Positions 40,945 to 50,102 of a DNA stretch of 64,000 nt are shown one piece after another (positions within the stretch are counted from its first letter, which is position 1; each line of letters begins with the position of its first letter). Position numbers and translations under genes: made by a program. Source of the DNA: Bdellovibrionota bacterium (GTDB taxonomy: Bacteria > Bdellovibrionota_C > UBA2361 > CAKMMH01); NCBI GenBank assembly GCA_050952645.1, contig JBMNLI010000012.1, positions 256,001 through 320,000 of the forward strand. The letters are read 5' to 3'. The notes under the pieces are model-generated. The model was not told the DNA's origin. It did no database searches and saw only the letters and a list, made by a program, of their open reading frames with translations.

Positions 40945-43089
40945 ATGAAAGATATGGGAGGATATAATATTTTTAGTGGAAATAACTCACCTGAAACAAA
41001 AGAAAGAACAAAAGCAAGAGGTGAAGTAACAAAGGGTAATAAGAGAGAAGAACCGCTAAAAAATTTTTCCTTTAATAAAGGTAAAGATGGTGAAACTATA
41101 GAATTTAACCCTACCGATTTTAAGAAAGTTCAACAAAGAGAAGATAATACTCAGAGAACCTTAGATTTAAACTCCCCTCACGATCCAAATGGAGCAAATA
41201 CACCAGATCCAAATTCCTCTCCTGACCCCAACAACAGTACTAATCCTCAGATAAAATATGATATGTATGAGGGAAAATTTAATATGAGAGGGTTGCGTGA
41301 AGAATTTAAAGAAGCAGTAGCGAAATATAATCGTATATCAGATAGTGATATTGCTGATAAGAAAGAAGCTAGGCGAAAAATGGATAAAGCTGGGAAGCTT
41401 TATGATGCTGAGTTAGAAAAATCATTAGGGTCAGAAGGCAGACGTGGAATGAGCAATCGGGACATATTTGAAAGCTTAAATGAAGAACAAAGAGCGGCAT
41501 TAGATTATGGAACAATAGTACTCATTATAGATAGTAATTTAGAAGATAGTAAAATAAATTTAACTGAAAAAAAACCTACTAGAGCTTCAAATGTACCTGC
41601 AAAATATAAAGACCGTCTGCTTATTATAACTGGTTCTACAGGGAATATAGAAGTTAAAAAAGCTAAAATAGATCAAGGCGCAAGCTTGGGAGTTGTTTAT
41701 CTAAACAAAACCAATGGTAATGATAAGAATAATAGTATCGAAATAGTAATAAGAAGTGGGCAGTTTATTCACGCCGTAATGGTAAATGAAGGTGGTGTAA
41801 AATTTTGCTTTAATGGGACTCCTGAAGACACAAGCAAAAATCAGCCAGCTAACATAATAGTTCTTGATCACTCAATACTAAGGGGAGTTAAAAAAGCAAC
41901 ATCTTGTTGTGCAATAGGAACTACATTTGATGGTAGCGCATTAGGTGAGGGATTCGTTGGTTTAGCTAGAGCATATAATAATCGAATCCCAATAATAGGA
42001 AGAGCTATGCAAGCGTATTATACGTTAACTGGAAATGAAAAAAAGAGTATTAAATTACAAGTATATGGATTATTAGGCAACACAATATGGGATAAAACAA
42101 CTGCAATTTGGCCTGAAGGTCAAACGATATTTGAGGAATTTACAAAAAGATTTCAAAAAGGTAAATATAATAAACGTTTTATAAGTCCATCGACTAAAGA
42201 AAATTATGAAGATTTAATTCGAGAACTATTAAAAGAGCTTCCTGAAGATAAAAAAACGATTAAAGGTTTAATGGAAGCTGTTCAAGAAAATGAAGATTTA
42301 AGTGATGATGAAAAAAGTTTTTTAATCCAAGCATTAAAAACAGTAGATACTGATATAAAAGAATATTATGCCAAAATGTGTCGTAAACTTTTAAAATATT
42401 GTTCTTGGCCAATGATTTTTAAAAAACCTCCGCAACCATTAGATTTAACAGATGGGCTAGAAAGGCTTCAAAAAGATCCTTGCGTAGATATGAAAAAATT
42501 AAATGTAGAAGATCTTGCAGATTATGGAATTAATGAGAGAAAATTCCTAAATAATGTCGACAAGGGACACGAGCATATTTATTTAATAGTTGATGAAGAT
42601 ACTGGAAGAAGATTCGTAACGGTAGGACGACTTGATGGAAAATTAAATGTAGCAAACATAGTTGACCAAAGAGATCCAAAAAATGGACGTTTCGCTACAT
42701 TCCCAGAACTTTACTCAGACGACATTCGAGTATTTCAATTATTAAGAAAAATCACCACAACCCCTGAAGAGTTTGAAACTAGGAGAAAAGAATTAAAAAT
42801 TAGCGATGATGATTTGAAGGAAGTTTTCAAATTTTTCAATCTTAATGAAAATAATCCTTGGGAAACTGATGGCAGAAGCTATATGGAAAATTATCAAATC
42901 TTTCAAGACAGACTTATCACTTGGTTTAATAGTAGGTCGGAGAGATATGGTAATCATGAAGACTTAGTCCAATATAAGAATCCTAAGATCACTAAGGAGG
43001 TAGAAGTTGGAGGGTTTGTAAGTGAAATTAAAGAAAACAGACAGAACACGGATGCTTTAGAAGGGTTTCTTATAAAGCTCCCTGACTAA
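40945..43089 (+). CDS. Hypothetical protein (714 aa, orphan)
   Basis: Long ORF with AAGGA RBS and an N-terminal Pro/Asn-rich disordered segment; no family recognised. Confidence 0.85.
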   Translation: MKDMGGYNIFSGNNSPETKERTKARGEVTKGNKREEPLKNFSFNKGKDGETIEFNPTDFKKVQQREDNTQRTLDLNSPHDPNGANTPDPNSSPDPNNSTNPQIKYDMYEGKFNMRGLREEFKEAVAKYNRISDSDIADKKEARRKMDKAGKLYDAELEKSLGSEGRRGMSNRDIFESLNEEQRAALDYGTIVLIIDSNLEDSKINLTEKKPTRASNVPAKYKDRLLIITGSTGNIEVKKAKIDQGASLGVVYLNKTNGNDKNNSIEIVIRSGQFIHAVMVNEGGVKFCFNGTPEDTSKNQPANIIVLDHSILRGVKKATSCCAIGTTFDGSALGEGFVGLARAYNNRIPIIGRAMQAYYTLTGNEKKSIKLQVYGLLGNTIWDKTTAIWPEGQTIFEEFTKRFQKGKYNKRFISPSTKENYEDLIRELLKELPEDKKTIKGLMEAVQENEDLSDDEKSFLIQALKTVDTDIKEYYAKMCRKLLKYCSWPMIFKKPPQPLDLTDGLERLQKDPCVDMKKLNVEDLADYGINERKFLNNVDKGHEHIYLIVDEDTGRRFVTVGRLDGKLNVANIVDQRDPKNGRFATFPELYSDDIRVFQLLRKITTTPEEFETRRKELKISDDDLKEVFKFFNLNENNPWETDGRSYMENYQIFQDRLITWFNSRSERYGNHEDLVQYKNPKITKEVEVGGFVSEIKENRQNTDALEGFLIKLPD

Positions 43090-43167
43090 AATATAATATC
43101 AATATTTTATCAGAACAATCAGCTTTATTAAAAATTGCCTAAGCGTGTGAAAAATTTTTTTAAAGCC

Positions 43168-44064
43168 TTACTTAGCATTCAACCTAACCACATTCTCCAT
43201 AAGCGTTGCTATAGTCATAGGGCCTACGCCGTTTGGAACGGGGCTTATAAATACGTCTTTATTTTTAAAGCTTTCAAAGTCGATATCCCCTACTACTTTA
43301 TTGTCGCTCGCTCTGTTTATTCCGACATCTATTAAAATAGCACCATCTTTTACATTGTCCGAGTTTATCAATTTTTCTTTGCCAACCGCTGAAACTATAA
43401 TATCTTTATCCTTTACTTGCAAAGCTAAGTCCTTAGTTCTTGAATGCGAAATAGTAACCGTTGCATTTTGCCTTAAAAGCATAAACGAAAGAGGAAGCCC
43501 TACAAGCATAGAACGCCCAATAACTAGCGCATTTTTACCCGATAAATCTATCTTTTCAAAACTTTCTAACCCATCATGGCTATTGCCATTAAGTGAAAGA
43601 CTTATTAACTCCATAACCGCCTTTGGCGTGCAAGGATATACGCTCGGCTTGCCATTAAATAATTTGCTAGTATTAATCGGAGTTAAACAATCCACATCCT
43701 TATTAGGCGAAATTAAAGATAGAAAATAGTTTTTATCAAAACCATTAGGAAGCGGAAGCTGAAGCAATATCCCCGTAATATTAGTATCTAAATTTAATTT
43801 AAATATAACCTCTTCTAACTCTTTCTTAGAAATATCCTTGTCTAAAAAAATCGTCTCCGTTTCTATAAAACATTCCTTTGCTTTTTTCTCCTTGTTTGAA
43901 ACGTAAATTTTAGACGCCTCATCGTCCCCAACTAATATAACAGCAAGCTTTGGAAGCTTTTCCCCATTAGCTATAAGCTTAGAAACCTTGCTCTTAACCG
44001 CTTCAAATTTTTTTTTAGCAAAATATGCACCATCTAAAATAATAGGAGTTCCCATAAAAATCAC
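43168..44064 (-). CDS. folD: Methylenetetrahydrofolate dehydrogenase/cyclohydrolase
   Basis: LAVILVGDD.AS..YV..K, GILLQLPLP, KDVD, PCTP, GRS.LVG.P, DVGINR, PVP.GVGPMT. Confidence 0.97.
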   Translation of the reverse strand: MIFMGTPIILDGAYFAKKKFEAVKSKVSKLIANGEKLPKLAVILVGDDEASKIYVSNKEKKAKECFIETETIFLDKDISKKELEEVIFKLNLDTNITGILLQLPLPNGFDKNYFLSLISPNKDVDCLTPINTSKLFNGKPSVYPCTPKAVMELISLSLNGNSHDGLESFEKIDLSGKNALVIGRSMLVGLPLSFMLLRQNATVTISHSRTKDLALQVKDKDIIVSAVGKEKLINSDNVKDGAILIDVGINRASDNKVVGDIDFESFKNKDVFISPVPNGVGPMTIATLMENVVRLNAK

Positions 44065-44107
44065 TCTCTCTTTCTTTAATCCTACTAAATCTTAAATTAA
44101 ATTTTTC

Positions 44108-44329
44108 GGCTCTTCACCGTTTTAAGTGGATTAAAGACCTTAAAATTAGTATCACGCACCCCACAAAGCCTAAAAGAAAATTGACTTTAAAGAAATTTGC
44201 ATAAAATAAATTACTTTAAATATAGTTGTAATTTTTCTTTAAACTATAGCTAGTTTTTTACAAAAGCCAATTTTCTTTTAAGCTAACCTAAAAAACAATT
44301 TTTCTAACCCACCCAAAACATGAAGAACC
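44108..44329. mobile_element. MITE family B, full-length uninterrupted copy (222 bp)
   Basis: GGCTCTTCAC…AAAACATGAAGAACC ends; flanks AATTTTTC/AATTTCTC (7/8); internal long inverted repeat. Confidence 0.88.
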
Positions 44330-44395
44330 AATTTCTCTTATATGCCTCAAAATATTTTTTTAAAAGCATCTTAACTTAAAACTGAGAAGCTCTCC

Positions 44396-45247
44396 TTACT
44401 TTAATCTTCCCTCTATAAAAGGAACCTTAAAAACATTTTCGTGAAACACAGGGCCATGCCCAAAAAGCCCGTTCTCTCCAAAAAGCTCGCCATGGTCAGA
44501 GGTAATTATTATATGGGTATTTCTTGGAATAATATCGTAAAGCTTTTCCATAACCATATCTAAATACTCAACATTTTTTTCTTGCTTTTGCTTTAACTTT
44601 TCCATTCTATCCATAAAATAATATGCATTTGAAATTTCTCCATCTGTAGCATTAGCTAAATTAGGCTCAAAATGCTCATCATCTAAATGTTTAAAAACTC
44701 CATTTTCACCATATAAAAGTTCATTATCTTTTACAGTCTCTTTAGGGAGTGTAAACGGATAATGCGTTTCCCCAGTATTTAATAAATAAAATGATGGAAT
44801 ATCTTCATAAAAAGTAAGCTCATCTAACATCGCATCAAAATTATTATACTCATCTACTAACTCATACCTATCAAAATGCTTATTTAAAATAGTAGTTTGA
44901 TTTAATACAGGCATGGAAACTAGCGCATTAGTCCTATAACCTTGCTTTCTTAAATACGCAGGAAGCGAAAGCTCTGGAACGAAATTCTTAAATGAAACCC
45001 CATCGATATTTAATCTTTGCTCGTAATTTGCAAAATCCTTTTTATAAACCTCAGATGCAAACACCCCTTTTCCATTCGTGTGCGGACTAGCCCCCATCAT
45101 ATATACTGCATGCGATGGGATAGTCCAAGATGCGTAAGCATACCTACATTCCTTTTCGCCTAGTCTATCTATATTAGGAGTTTTAGCATTATAAAACGTA
45201 TCGAATCTACAACTATCAAATACTATAAACAATAAATTATTTTTCAT
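44396..45247 (-). CDS. Sulfatase-like hydrolase/transferase (cytoplasmic, short)
   Basis: FIVFDSCR.D…TPNID…ASWTIPSH; ETHYPF; TSDHGELFGE.G.FGHG…KVPF. Confidence 0.85.
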   Translation of the reverse strand: MKNNLLFIVFDSCRFDTFYNAKTPNIDRLGEKECRYAYASWTIPSHAVYMMGASPHTNGKGVFASEVYKKDFANYEQRLNIDGVSFKNFVPELSLPAYLRKQGYRTNALVSMPVLNQTTILNKHFDRYELVDEYNNFDAMLDELTFYEDIPSFYLLNTGETHYPFTLPKETVKDNELLYGENGVFKHLDDEHFEPNLANATDGEISNAYYFMDRMEKLKQKQEKNVEYLDMVMEKLYDIIPRNTHIIITSDHGELFGENGLFGHGPVFHENVFKVPFIEGRLK

Positions 45248-45281
45248 ATCACTAATAAATTAAAAATACATAAAGAATAAA

Positions 45282-46112
45282 TTAAATTTCTACTTTAAAT
45301 ATTTTACTAGCTACTAAACCACTTAAAATAGAAACTATTAAAAATACGTATATCCAATTAAGCTTAATACCAAAATAGCTTTGCTCCGCTTTTGGATACC
45401 TTATAGAAATGCTCTCTATTTCCTTAAAATCTTTACTTATACTATATTTTGAAGGAAATAGTATCGCCTCAAAAAAACTTTTTGAACACGTAGAAAACTC
45501 TGGTCTACCATTATCACTAAGCTTTACTGGAATACTTAACGATCCCCCATCTTGCACAAGGTTTAAAGTGATATTTTTGTTTTCTTTCGTGTGAATATTA
45601 TCAACTTTAAACTTCCAAAAAACTTTCGACTCGTCTTCTATTCTTAGCGAGGGGCTTACCGTCCCTTTATCACTACTTAAACTATAATCAAATAAGTCGG
45701 AAGCTTTATCAAAACTAATCTCTATTATAGCATCTTCGTTTAATTTTAACCCCCTATTTTGAAAATTAAAATTCATTTGTGCCATAATAAGAAGCGCAGG
45801 AATCATTAAAATTAAAAGAGGCACTAGGGCATACGTTAAATACCTTACTCCTTGCTTTAAAAGCTCTAATTGTGCGTTTAAACACACTTTTACGCTATGT
45901 CTATATAATGCAACCTCTAATATTCTTGCTGCAACTTTTCTTTTAGTTTTTTTTAACCCTTTCTGGTTTGAAACTTTTCCATACACTAATAAAAATATTA
46001 TTCCACTTAAAATAGAAATATAAAGTATTTTTATCTCATCACTAAAATTTCTTACAGGATATAAAAAAATATCAAAGATAGCTACTAATATACTATTTAA
46101 TTTATTTGCCAT
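45282..46112 (-). CDS. 3-TM membrane protein, EMC3/TMCO1/DUF106-like topology
   Basis: TM1, basic coiled coil (SNQKGLKKTKRK…AQLELLK), TM2 (PLLILMIP), soluble domain, then TM3 LNWIYVFLIVS…KIFKV. Confidence 0.65.
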   Translation of the reverse strand: MANKLNSILVAIFDIFLYPVRNFSDEIKILYISILSGIIFLLVYGKVSNQKGLKKTKRKVAARILEVALYRHSVKVCLNAQLELLKQGVRYLTYALVPLLILMIPALLIMAQMNFNFQNRGLKLNEDAIIEISFDKASDLFDYSLSSDKGTVSPSLRIEDESKVFWKFKVDNIHTKENKNITLNLVQDGGSLSIPVKLSDNGRPEFSTCSKSFFEAILFPSKYSISKDFKEIESISIRYPKAEQSYFGIKLNWIYVFLIVSILSGLVASKIFKVEI

Positions 46113-46129
46113 AAACTGCCACGTATTAC

Positions 46130-46351
46130 TTAATCTAAATATCCAAGCCCTTTTAACTTGCTAGAAATAGCATCTATTTCACTTTGAGATAAATCACTAG
46201 CATCTTTAGAACTTTCTGCATTTAAAATCCTATCGGTTTCAGTTTCTAACACTTTGCAAGCAAACTCACTTACTGAAACTCCCATAGTGTCCGCTACTTT
46301 TTTAAGTTTCTCATAAAGCAAATCATCTATTTTTATTTTTTTCGCAAACAT
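46130..46351 (-). CDS. Small CopG/ribbon-helix-helix-like protein with LxxLGY tail
   Basis: KIKIDDLLYEKLKKVA..MG.SVSEFA..VL pattern; ends ISSKLKGLGYLD; AGGAG RBS. Confidence 0.8.
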   Translation of the reverse strand: MFAKKIKIDDLLYEKLKKVADTMGVSVSEFACKVLETETDRILNAESSKDASDLSQSEIDAISSKLKGLGYLD

Positions 46352-46432
46352 AACTCTAACACTCCTATATAAAATTTTATCTTACTATATCTTACGTTTT
46401 TTAACTAATATTTTAAATGGTAAAAAATATAA

Positions 46433-48544
46433 TTAAAATATATCCTTTCCCTCCATATACTTTGGAGGATTAAGAGCAAATAATTTTAAAATGCTTGGTG
46501 CTAAATCTATTATATTTACCTTTTCTTCTTTTATTTTTATATTAGAAAAAAGCACTCCTTCAACAATTTCAGGCGATACGTCATGGTCTGCACTCCAAGC
46601 TTTCGTATTATCCGAAAAAATCTCCTTTTCTAATGCTCCTTGCACTCCACCCCAAGAAACTCTATAAGTGTCCTCAGCTCCTATAATAAGGTCTGGGGCA
46701 TCATCGACATATAGCCCTTTGTAAATTTTCTTAGCATCAAATATACGCCTTATTGCACGCTTTCCCGTTTTAGGGTCTAAAAGCAAAATTAAATTTTTAC
46801 TTATTTCATTTTTTAAATCTTCTAGTTCGCTATCTTCTACTATACCATTGGTCTCTCTTCCTTTTCTATTTATAAAAATTCCTGCCATACCTACTGCAAA
46901 CGCTTTGGTTTTTGACCAATCAACATTTAGAAAATACTCATCAGTCTCTTTGCTCGGGTCTTTTAATACCATATAGCCATTTTGAACTAGCCAAGTATTT
47001 AAATTAAAACCTCGTCTAAATGATGTAAACCCATGGTCGGACATTATTATAAGCACATCATCTTTATTTATTTTCTTTAGCGTTTTACCTATAAGCTCAT
47101 CCATTTTTTCATACATTTCAACTATGGTATTTTCAAACTTTTCCCTATCTTCACAAGGCGATGGATGGTCTTTTTCTAAATATCTCCAAAACATATGTTG
47201 TATTCTATCGCTCGCATCGAATACACAAGCGCAAAATCCTTCTGGAGTATTTTTTAATGAGTTAAAAAACATCTCTTCTCTTTCTTTGTGGTTTTCGTAA
47301 GTTTGTTTTAAAAACGTTTCATCATCGAGCGCTTTTTCATTTCTTCCCCACGTATCCTCCATAAGCCCTAGTGTGCCATAAAGCCCTTGCAGTTTTGCTA
47401 GGTAGCTAGAAAAAACTACTGGGTGCGAAATAGGAAGCGCAGGTTTCTCGGGGCTTATATTTATAGGTGTTTGATATAGTAAGAAAGGCTTAATACTTCT
47501 TAAGCAAAATTTTGATATACCTTGAATAACTCTTCTACCAGATTTAAAATTGAGCGGAATCCAAGGCGTATATTCACCTACTTCTAAATCGTATTTTTCT
47601 TTACCTATAATCAAAGTTCCTTTATTTTTATTTTTATTTTTACTTTTAACTTTATTACTATCTTTATTATTATTACTGTTATTGTTATCTATAACTACCT
47701 TAAAAGGTAGAGTTAAAACTGTACCATTCTTTTTAAAAGGATCGTTTGGGCCTTGAACGCTTGAAGATACTTCGCCATTATTTTCTATAACTCTTATAAA
47801 AGTTCCTCCCGTAGCACGCACTAAAAGCTTCTCATCGTCTGTGTAAGCTAAAAATGAGCCTTGAGTTCCTTTTAAGTCGGGAACGCACATAGCAGATAAT
47901 ATATTTCCATCAAACTTCTCTGGCGGATACGAAATAGGAACTCTTAGAATATTTGCAAAAATACCTTTCTTGCCAAGAATGGTCCAAAAAGGCTTGCTTT
48001 TTCTTAAAAGTTTAACAGTAGCTTTACTCGATTTTATAAAACCAAATTTCTTAAAAAACCTCGTTTCAGTTTTAGTTGAAGAAAGCTCTGGTAAACAGTA
48101 TCTTTTATCTCTAGTTAAAAAATCAAAAATATTGTGAGCCCCAGGATTTACTCCCGTTTGAAACGTCGACCAAGCCACTGGTGAAATCGACGGTATAGTG
48201 CTTCCTAGTCGTCTATAATCTCCTTGCTCTTTTAAATATTTGAAATTTGGAAGTCTCCCCTCTTCTATATATTTTTCTACTAATTTAGGCGATAAACCAT
48301 CTAAGCCTATTAAAACTACTCTCCTAGTTCTAGCGTTTTTATCTATACCTTTTCCACTAATCTTTCTTACGATTAACTGTATTGGCCAGAAAGCAAGCGT
48401 TAGTATAGCTAAAAATATGGCTATCACGAATACAAAAGCCGAACCAATAAAAGCAAACCCAGCCCCTGGGCCTACGTAAGCAAATGCATTAGTTGGAGTT
48501 AGTAATAGTAAGATTACAAAAAAAATTTTCTTATTTAATTTCAT
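46433..48544 (-). CDS. Alkaline phosphatase superfamily protein (nucleotide pyrophosphatase/phosphodiesterase-like)
   Basis: LIGLDG, STIPSISPVAWSTF.TG.NPG.H.IFDF, DRIQH.FW, MSDHGF, W.ADH; N-terminal AYVGPGAG plus TM helix. Confidence 0.9.
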   Translation of the reverse strand: MKLNKKIFFVILLLLTPTNAFAYVGPGAGFAFIGSAFVFVIAIFLAILTLAFWPIQLIVRKISGKGIDKNARTRRVVLIGLDGLSPKLVEKYIEEGRLPNFKYLKEQGDYRRLGSTIPSISPVAWSTFQTGVNPGAHNIFDFLTRDKRYCLPELSSTKTETRFFKKFGFIKSSKATVKLLRKSKPFWTILGKKGIFANILRVPISYPPEKFDGNILSAMCVPDLKGTQGSFLAYTDDEKLLVRATGGTFIRVIENNGEVSSSVQGPNDPFKKNGTVLTLPFKVVIDNNNSNNNKDSNKVKSKNKNKNKGTLIIGKEKYDLEVGEYTPWIPLNFKSGRRVIQGISKFCLRSIKPFLLYQTPINISPEKPALPISHPVVFSSYLAKLQGLYGTLGLMEDTWGRNEKALDDETFLKQTYENHKEREEMFFNSLKNTPEGFCACVFDASDRIQHMFWRYLEKDHPSPCEDREKFENTIVEMYEKMDELIGKTLKKINKDDVLIIMSDHGFTSFRRGFNLNTWLVQNGYMVLKDPSKETDEYFLNVDWSKTKAFAVGMAGIFINRKGRETNGIVEDSELEDLKNEISKNLILLLDPKTGKRAIRRIFDAKKIYKGLYVDDAPDLIIGAEDTYRVSWGGVQGALEKEIFSDNTKAWSADHDVSPEIVEGVLFSNIKIKEEKVNIIDLAPSILKLFALNPPKYMEGKDIF

Positions 48545-48570
48545 ATGAAAAAATACTACCTTATTTATAT

Positions 48571-49909
48571 TTAATTTATATATCCTAACGTAGTTAAGTG
48601 TTCTTTAGTTTTTTTATCTAGCTTAACGTTCGTAGTTTCAGTTTTAAAAATAGATTTACTTTTTAAATGTTCTTCCATTTTAGTTCTCATAGTTTTTAGT
48701 AAATCTTTATTCACATTTAAATTAGATTTTAACTCAATAGGGTCGGTTTTCCAATCGAAAAACTCTTCTTTCTCTTTAGTTTTAGGTGTTGCAAAAGTTT
48801 TTATATAATGAAAATTTTTATATATAATAGAGTGGATTTCAGGCTTGCCCGTCCTTTCTCTACTAGCTAAATCTGAAAATAAAAATTTTTCTTTAAATTT
48901 CTTATCTGTAATAAACGCTTCGCTTAAGTCGTCCCCTTCCCAATAATTTCTTTTATCAGATTTTAAAAGCTTTGCTAATGTTGGAAGCACATCGAGATGA
49001 GATGCATTAAAATTTATCTCTTTTCCTTTTAGTCCACGCATATAAAAAAACAGTGGCACTCTTAAAACTTCCCTATTTAATGTTTTGCCGTGTCCTTTTT
49101 CTGGATTTCCAAAATCGTTTAACCTTTCAGAAAATGCTTCTCCATGGTCGGCAGTGAAAATTATAAGTGTGTCCTTATCCCAACCAAACTCTTTGTATAG
49201 TTTTTTTATAGCATCATCTACGTAAGATATCTCGCTATCATAATTTATAATATCTCTCCTCTCATTTTTTAAAGCATTTCTAGCAAATTTTTCTTGAAAA
49301 TGGTACGGGCCATGAGGATCCATGTAATGAATGTATAAAAAATATTTCTTTGACATTTCCATTCTTTCTTTAAGCGATAAAATTTTTTTATTTACTGCCG
49401 TTGCCCCTTTATAGCGACTAGTTATTAACTTATCGAAACCTTGAGCAAACCCCATCTCTTTTGAAATATTTAAATTGTCTGCAACTCCAAAGGTATCATA
49501 CTGGGCATCCTTAAAAAGCTCAGTCATCGTTAAAACATCTTCAGGAATCCTGTTTAATTTAAATTTGCTTTTATTATCCCTCTTAGAATGTATAAAGCCT
49601 ATTTTTACCCCATGGTCTTTTTGATAAAGAGAGGTAAAAAGCGATGCGGTAGCAGGAGCGGTATATGAAGATGTAGAATAGAAATTTTTAAATAATATAG
49701 AATTGTCTATAAGCGTGTTTAAAAAAAGGCGTCGTGTTATATTTATAGCCATAAAAAGGCAGGTGGTCTGCTCTTAACGTATCTACTAAGATAAAGACTA
49801 CTTTATTAGGTAGCTCTGTTAATTGTTTATTATCCTTTTTAAATAATAAACAAATAGAAGTGATAAATAATATTATTACTATTAATCCTAAAAAAACTTT
49901 TTTCTTCAT
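48571..49909 (-). CDS. Sulfatase-like protein with N-terminal anchor and LxxLGY tail (one +1 frameshift near 49725, probably artefact)
   Basis: VDTLRADHL..YGY..NTTPF|LN… joins ORFs 49688-49909 and 48571-49752 when one T is removed from a homopolymer; HYMDPH.PY, ADHGE; ends LTTLGYIN. Confidence 0.85.
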
Positions 49910-50102
49910 AAAATAAAAATCCTTTTAATATTTTAAAATATTCAAGTTATTTTTTCAAATTATTTATATATAAATGAAACTATAGAAATAGTATTTTATA
50001 TTTTAAAATTTTATTTTTTCTTATTCTCTTTTAAACTATCTACCTTTATCTTTATCTTTATCTTTTTTGTCTTAATTTTTTTAAGCTTTATAATTTTTAG
50101 TC

